Assembly: GCA_013265495.1 (NCBI GenBank)
Contig: MU057944.1
Coordinates: forward strand, 1-64,000
Source: Vicugna vicugna
Lineage: Eukaryota
Direction of reading: 5' to 3'
DNA length: 64,000 nucleotides
Each line of letters starts with the position of its first letter. The first letter of the stretch is position 1. Made by a program: the position numbers and the translations under genes. The notes under the pieces are model-generated. The model was not told the origin of the DNA. It searched no databases and saw nothing but the letters and a program-made list of their open reading frames with translations. Below are positions 58,511-64,000 of the stretch, in pieces.

Positions 58511-59599
58511 TCATTGTTATAATTATAATTTTTCTTTTTAAACCAATTACCTCGCCAAACAAGTTCCCACATACGTGACTCCTCGACTCCGTCTCCCGAC
58601 AGTCTAAATCTGATGTCCTTTCTAAATCTGACGTCATTCATGTCTTGGGCACCTGCAGTACTGGCTGATAATTACTAACAATTCTGGCTCGTATGCCTTC
58701 TCCCATTGGTGATTCTATGGAGAATGTTTTCTCAGCTGGGCCGTGCTGTCATTGGCTTCAAGGACATCTATAGTTTGGGGAACGGCAGTGTGATTTTTGC
58801 ATATGGCATTGAAATGATCTGTTCTTCACTGGAATTGGAGTTCATTTGGGGCACACACTTCCTCAATCACATGTCCTCTGGGAGCACAGAGCTGAATGCC
58901 CACACTGGGCCAAATCAGGCATGGTGAATTGGCACCTTGAATAGATTGCAAGAAAATTTAGCTCAGATAAGGAGCCGCTGTAAGCACATTTCATTTTCAT
59001 CTGCCATTTACTGAAAAAGGCCACTTCCCCGCATCTAAATAACCCGATGTCTGTCTTTAAAATGCGCTCACTCGCTCTCTTTCCTGACTCACTAAATCAG
59101 GGTAGAGAAAAAAAAAAAAAACACCTGTGTATACAGCGGTGCCTGAACAATTTGCACACCCTGTAATTCTCACATAACCCCAGCATTCTCCCCTGCGCTC
59201 CTGCAAGATGGTTAATAGAAGGATGTTGTGCTGACATCTCATATTGTAACGATGTTGTTAGTCCATGGAAATACGCCACGGTGCGTTTTCTATTAAACAG
59301 TGAAGTGTCATTAGTGCTGCAAAATTACCATTTCTGAGCTAACGCACGATGTACATTTAGGGATAAGAGTCAACATTTGGAATCATGTTCTTCTGCTTAT
59401 TAATTTCTGGACTCTTGACTCCAGCATCTCTGGATTTAGACTGAATTAGGCCTGCTTTGCAGACGTCCTTCAGCATGGTAATGTTTGGTCCCCTTCCCTG
59501 AAGGCAGTATCGCCCAGTGGTTAAACTCACAGGCTTGCAGCTCTGATTCTCTGGGTTCCGTCCTACTGTGTCCACTCTCTGTCTGTGGACCTTCACATG

Positions 59600-59830
59600 T
59601 GTTAATATTAATATGCATATTAACACGTATGTTGTCGTTGGCTGGTACTAAGGGGTGTTTAAGGAATTTACCTATTCTGACTTTTGTAATCCTGAGATTT
59701 ACAGCACTATGAAGCAAGTGTTTTTCTTATCATTCCCATATTGTAAGTAGAAAACCAAGGCATAGCTGAATAACTTGCCCAGAGTCAGGATACAGCCTAG
59801 CGTGCGAACCAGGGGTCTTGCCTCTGGAAT
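59600..59830 (-). mobile_element. MIR SINE
   Basis: taatcct..acagcactatgaag..ttcccatattgta..taacttgcccagagtca. Confidence 0.7.
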
Positions 59831-59849
59831 CCCTGTTCTTACCTGGTGT

Positions 59850-60540
59850 GTTTGGCTTAATCTCTTTTGAGTGTCATCTTCCCACCCATAAAATGACAGG
59901 GGTGCTAATATCTGCTTCTAGGATTGTTGTAATGATTAAATGTGTTGTTTTGTTTTTTGTTTTTATTTATTTTTTATTGAAGTATAGCTGGTTTACAATG
60001 TTGTGTTAATTCCTGGTGTACAGCATAGTGATTCAGTTATACATACACGCATATTCCTTTTCATGTTTTTTTTCATTATACGCTATTACAAGGTATTGAC
60101 TATAGTTCCCTGTGCTACACAGTAGGACCTTGCTGTTTACCTATTTTATATATAGTAGTTTGTAGCTGCTAATCTCAAACTCCTAACTTATCGCTCGATC
60201 CTTCTCTTTGGCCCCTGGTAACCACAAGTTTGTTTTCTATGTCTGTGAATCTGTTTCTGTTTTGTAAATAAGTTCATTTGTCTCATTTTTTTAAAGATTC
60301 TACATATAAGTGATATCATATGATATTTTTTGTTCTCTTTCTGGCTTACCTCACTTAGTAGGACAATCCATCCATGTTGCTGCAGATGGCATTATTTTTA
60401 TCTTTTTTATGGCAGAGCAATATTCCATTGTATATATACACCACTTCTTCTTTATTTCAATTAAATGTTTTGAGTCAATGCATGTGAAGTACTTAGGACT
60501 TGGAATGTGAGTGCAGTTAATATTGGCTGTTCTGCAATTA
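59850..60540 (+). mobile_element. MIR split by an L1 insertion
   Basis: taaaatg..ggattgttgtaatgattaaatg | gagtcaatgcatgtgaagtacttag. Confidence 0.75.
59944..60459 (-). mobile_element. Young 5'-truncated L1 with TSD
   Basis: tttattgaagtatagctggtttacaatgttgtgttaa..ttccctgtgctacacagtaggacct..tccatgttgctgcagatggc; attaaatgt at 59935-59943 and 60460-60468. Confidence 0.93.
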
Positions 60541-60900
60541 ACAGCTACTTCGTAGGGCCTCTGCCCTGAACTCCATGAGTGCTCGGGGGCCTTTCACTGA
60601 GGGTCCTAGATGGGTCCAGACACCCCCTGGAATTATGCCTCCCCGCAGCCCTGCTGACTGGCATCATTCTGGATGGCTCAGAGAGGGCAGAGGCTGCAGG
60701 GAGGAAGGACAGTCAGGAATGCACAGTAGCCCAGGGAAGAGATGGTGAGACCTGGCCTGGGCAGTGGACCCGGGAAACATAAGGGGAATGAATTCAATGG
60801 AAGCATCATTATCAATGATTGTGTTTTTGAAGGATCAGCCAAACTGAGAACCACTTCTCAGTGGCCCCAGAAGAAAACCACGCCGGTCAGCAGTGAGAGG

Positions 60901-61068
60901 TAGGACCCACTCCATCATTTGCTGGACAGTGCAAAACGAAAACACAGGACCTTTGTTCAAAAAGTATTAAGAATTTCAAGGTGGCAACAGCAGAGCGTTA
61001 AACTAAGTACAAAGCACTTCTGAGCATGGCGTCCCGTGCACAGGTCACATGCTCTGTGTCACGGTCCT
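60901..61068. mobile_element. MER45A (hAT-Tip100 MITE)
   Basis: cagtgcaaaacgaaaa..ttgttcaaaaagtattaagaatttcaag..cagcagagcgttaaac..cttctgagc..tgcacaggtcacatgc. Confidence 0.85.
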
Positions 61069-62713
61069 ACCCCCACCCCCAATGCCAGGAACTAGAAATG
61101 GGCCAGCAGTGGCTCCCAGACCTCCAATCTCATCAGCTCATCTGCTTGGTTTGCCTCAGATTTCTCCCGCCAGGAGTCCAGATGAAAGACAAGTAGGTGG
61201 CAGGAGGATAAAGGTGGCTTGGACTCCGGCAGGAGTCGGGCACGGAAGAGAAATCTTTAGCCCAGTGGATTGTGATTAACCGCAGATACTAAGGGGTGCT
61301 CCAGGGAAGCCGGGATGGATAAATTGAATTCTTGGAGTGGCAGCTCCTAGAATCAGGGACAGTCTCCAGCCAAGAAGACTAATGCAGCAGAAATGCTCAT
61401 AAGGTTTTCTTTCCCCTACATCAGGCTGTTAGAATGACGGGGCATGAGTTGCAGTCACTTGTCCACATGAATAAAAGATGCACAGAAACCCAGCGCACCT
61501 GAGCACACCAGGCACTGACGGCCCCATGAAAGCGGGCCACGCAGAGGCCTGGCCGCCACGAGCCTGCTGCTGCCAGCTCACTTCTTTTGGCTTTTCTTCC
61601 TCAACTGCATCATCTTTAAGATGCTTGAGCACATCAAGCCTCAGAAGGGCAGCCGCGTTATCTGAGGCGTGGGGACCGACACCTCGGCCCAGCACACCCA
61701 GTGCCCGAGATGCCGCCGTCAGAATCCCCTGGGTTTACACGTGCCGTCATCTACCAAGAGGGTTACCGATGGTAACTCCCTGCAGTGCCTTCACGGGAGC
61801 ACTCGGCTAGATTATCTGGCTCTTTTCTAGCAGAGTCCTGAAGGGACGGGACACCGACAGGTTAGTTTTGATATGGGGAGGAGAGTCGTACGGGTTCATT
61901 CGTTCATTCTCCCATCTTCCAAGAGGCACGCCGACCAAAGCTGAGGGCCTTCAGGGCAGGAGGAAGCCAGGAGGGCTCCCCAGAGCAAACCCTGTCCACT
62001 CACTATTTAGAACCAGAAGCACCTCCGAGGTATGAAAGGACCTGAAACAGACCAAACCCACCCCATTCCGGTCAGCTGGTAAGCACAGCCCGACTCCTTC
62101 CCAGGCCTCCCTTCCTCCCCTGCCCTACACACACCTTGCTTCGGAGACACATGAAAACAGATGCTGTTTTCCAGCCCAGAGATTTTGCCGCTGCTGTTCT
62201 TTCCACGTGGACCACCGTCTCGAAGCACTTCCACCTCTCAAGACAGCCCAGTCCTTCCAGGTCCATCCCAAACCCCGTGATGCTGTGCACCTCATTCCCT
62301 GGTCCCCATGGTCACCCTCGTGTTCGTGTCCTTAGAACTAAACCTTCAGAAGCCTCTCTCGCTGCCCGTGGCATGTTCCCCTCCTCCCCTGTGATTTGTT
62401 TTCTTGTCCCACCCCCAGTCTTTCTCTGAAGGTGGTGGTCCTATCCTCTTCATCTTTCCTTAGTCCTGAAGTCTGGCCAGTATCTGGTGCACAGTAAATC
62501 TGTTTGCGTAATTGAAGGATGTCCCCTGGCTGAAAAGTGCTCCAGGTACCCAATAGACAGCACCTTCCCCCACCACCTCTCAAAGGGTTCTTTTGTTTGT
62601 TTCCATTCTTGGTGGAATATGGTTTCCTACAACTGAGTCACGCCGCATCTTGGTGTTTGCATTTCTGCATTTCCCGCCCCGCAGTGGAATATGGAATGAG
62701 GGGGCTCTTCCCA

Positions 62714-62856
62714 CTTTTTTGTTATTGCGATGTAATTCACATCCCCAAAAAACTCGCTGTGTCAAAGTGTACGATTCGGTGGTTTTCAGTCTGTTCACAA
62801 GGTTGTGCTACCACCACTACTGTCTGATACCAGGACATCTTCAGCACCTTAAAAAG
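62714..62856 (-). mobile_element. Old L1 (L1MB-like) 3' end
   Basis: ttattgcgatgtaattcacat..aaagtgtacgattcggtggttttcagt..ttcacaaggttgtgc.accaccactac. Confidence 0.85.
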
Positions 62857-63659
62857 TGAGGGCTCGCTAGTTCACGTTAAGTGACCGACAGTTCGTTGGC
62901 TTGGAAATCGTTGATGTCGTTGTCCAAGTCCCTCCAGCCGGGGGAGCCTGCCTCCCCGGCCAGGTTTCCTAGAGCTGGAAGGACCCGCCAGCTTCTGGGG
63001 GAGGCGGGTGACATCTCACCTGTCCTGCTCCCTCAGCTTCTGAGTCTCCTCCTGTCCTATTCCACCTCCGTTTCCTTTCTCCTACGGTGTGCTTAACAGA
63101 GCAGCCAGCAGCCGAGACGCCCTTGAGACGCATCTAACTCGTCACAAGCCACCCCCCTTTGAACTCCGTCCCCTCGCCGTGCATCTGTTAGGATGCTCCT
63201 GGCAAGGTGTATTAAGATTACACTGCCCGGGAACCAGAGCCCCGCTGTGATGTTGGGGAGCCTCACGAAGGACCAGTGGGTGGGGGAATCTTCCTGCCGG
63301 CAGGGAGGCCAGGTGAGTGGCGTTGGTCGGAGCTGTGCTGGGAAGACGGCATGGGTGACACTTCGGCATTGGAGACCACTCAGCTTGCTCCTTTTTCTGT
63401 CCCAGAACGTCAATCTGGGCCTCATCCTCAGACCCCTCTTTCCAAGCCTGTTAGCGTGTTGATGCTACCCTTCAGAACGTCCCTCCTCTGTTCTCTTGCA
63501 CTAAGGGACCAACATGCCCTGCCTGTCAGCACCCGCCTGATTTCCAGACCCCGTGTCTCAGGACCCGGTGGAGGAATGCCACCCTGTTCACTGGACACGC
63601 CTCCTGTCTCCCTGTCATCTCCTTCCTCTGGGCCAGACAGCTCCCAGTAACCCAGCACT

Positions 63660-63935
63660 GAAAACGCCCGGGGCCCCGGGAGGACGTGAGTGTGGGCTCG
63701 GTCCGCAGGACGCGGAAGCAGGACGTGCTGTGGTGGCTCCGGGCCCCGGGCGGGCTCCCCGCACACCCAGCCCCCAGGCCCGCGCGCACTTGATCCCGTG
63801 CGTGGCCGCGGGGTCCCCGTTGCTGCTCTGTGATCTGCGGCGTTGGGGTGGGGCTCGCCTTAGCAGAGGAGCAGCCGCATTAGCCCCTGCGACCTCCGTC
63901 AGTGCTGCGGGGACTGCCAAACACCTCTCGGGCCC
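63660..63935. promoter_or_regulatory. Small CpG-rich, GC-rich island-like segment
   Basis: Dense CpG (cccgggccccggg, gcccgcgcgc, gccgcgggg) compared with the CpG-depleted background. Confidence 0.5.
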
Positions 63936-64000
63936 CTTTCATGTTACTCTCGGTTCTCATCTCCAAACACCCTTCCTCACCCCTGCCCGCCCCCAAAGCA

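Overview
Mammalian nuclear DNA, most likely camelid (alpaca, llama or camel). The evidence is two tRNA-Ala-derived SINEs of the camelid Vic-1 type and cetartiodactyl-type L1 3' ends, with no Alu, BovB/Bov-A, PRE-1 or Can-SINE seen. I find no intact protein-coding gene. The ORF-track entries look like chance ORFs, many inside repeats. The window reads as a large intron or gene desert densely filled with ancient repeats (MIR, L2, MLT1/MLT2/LTR16 LTRs, and MER5, MER58, MER102, MER45A, MER2 and Charlie4a DNA transposon relics). Between them are repeat-free blocks rich in homeodomain and TALE motifs that look like conserved enhancers. The one gene-derived sequence I recognise is a decayed COX6B1 processed pseudogene (about 12230-12565) missing an internal segment of about 100 nt that appears to match one whole exon. 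Several young, very short L1 and SINE insertions have clear target-site duplications. I do not see evidence for a new multi-component biological system. Repeat subfamily names come from recalled consensus sequences, and repeat boundaries are approximate unless a TSD is quoted.
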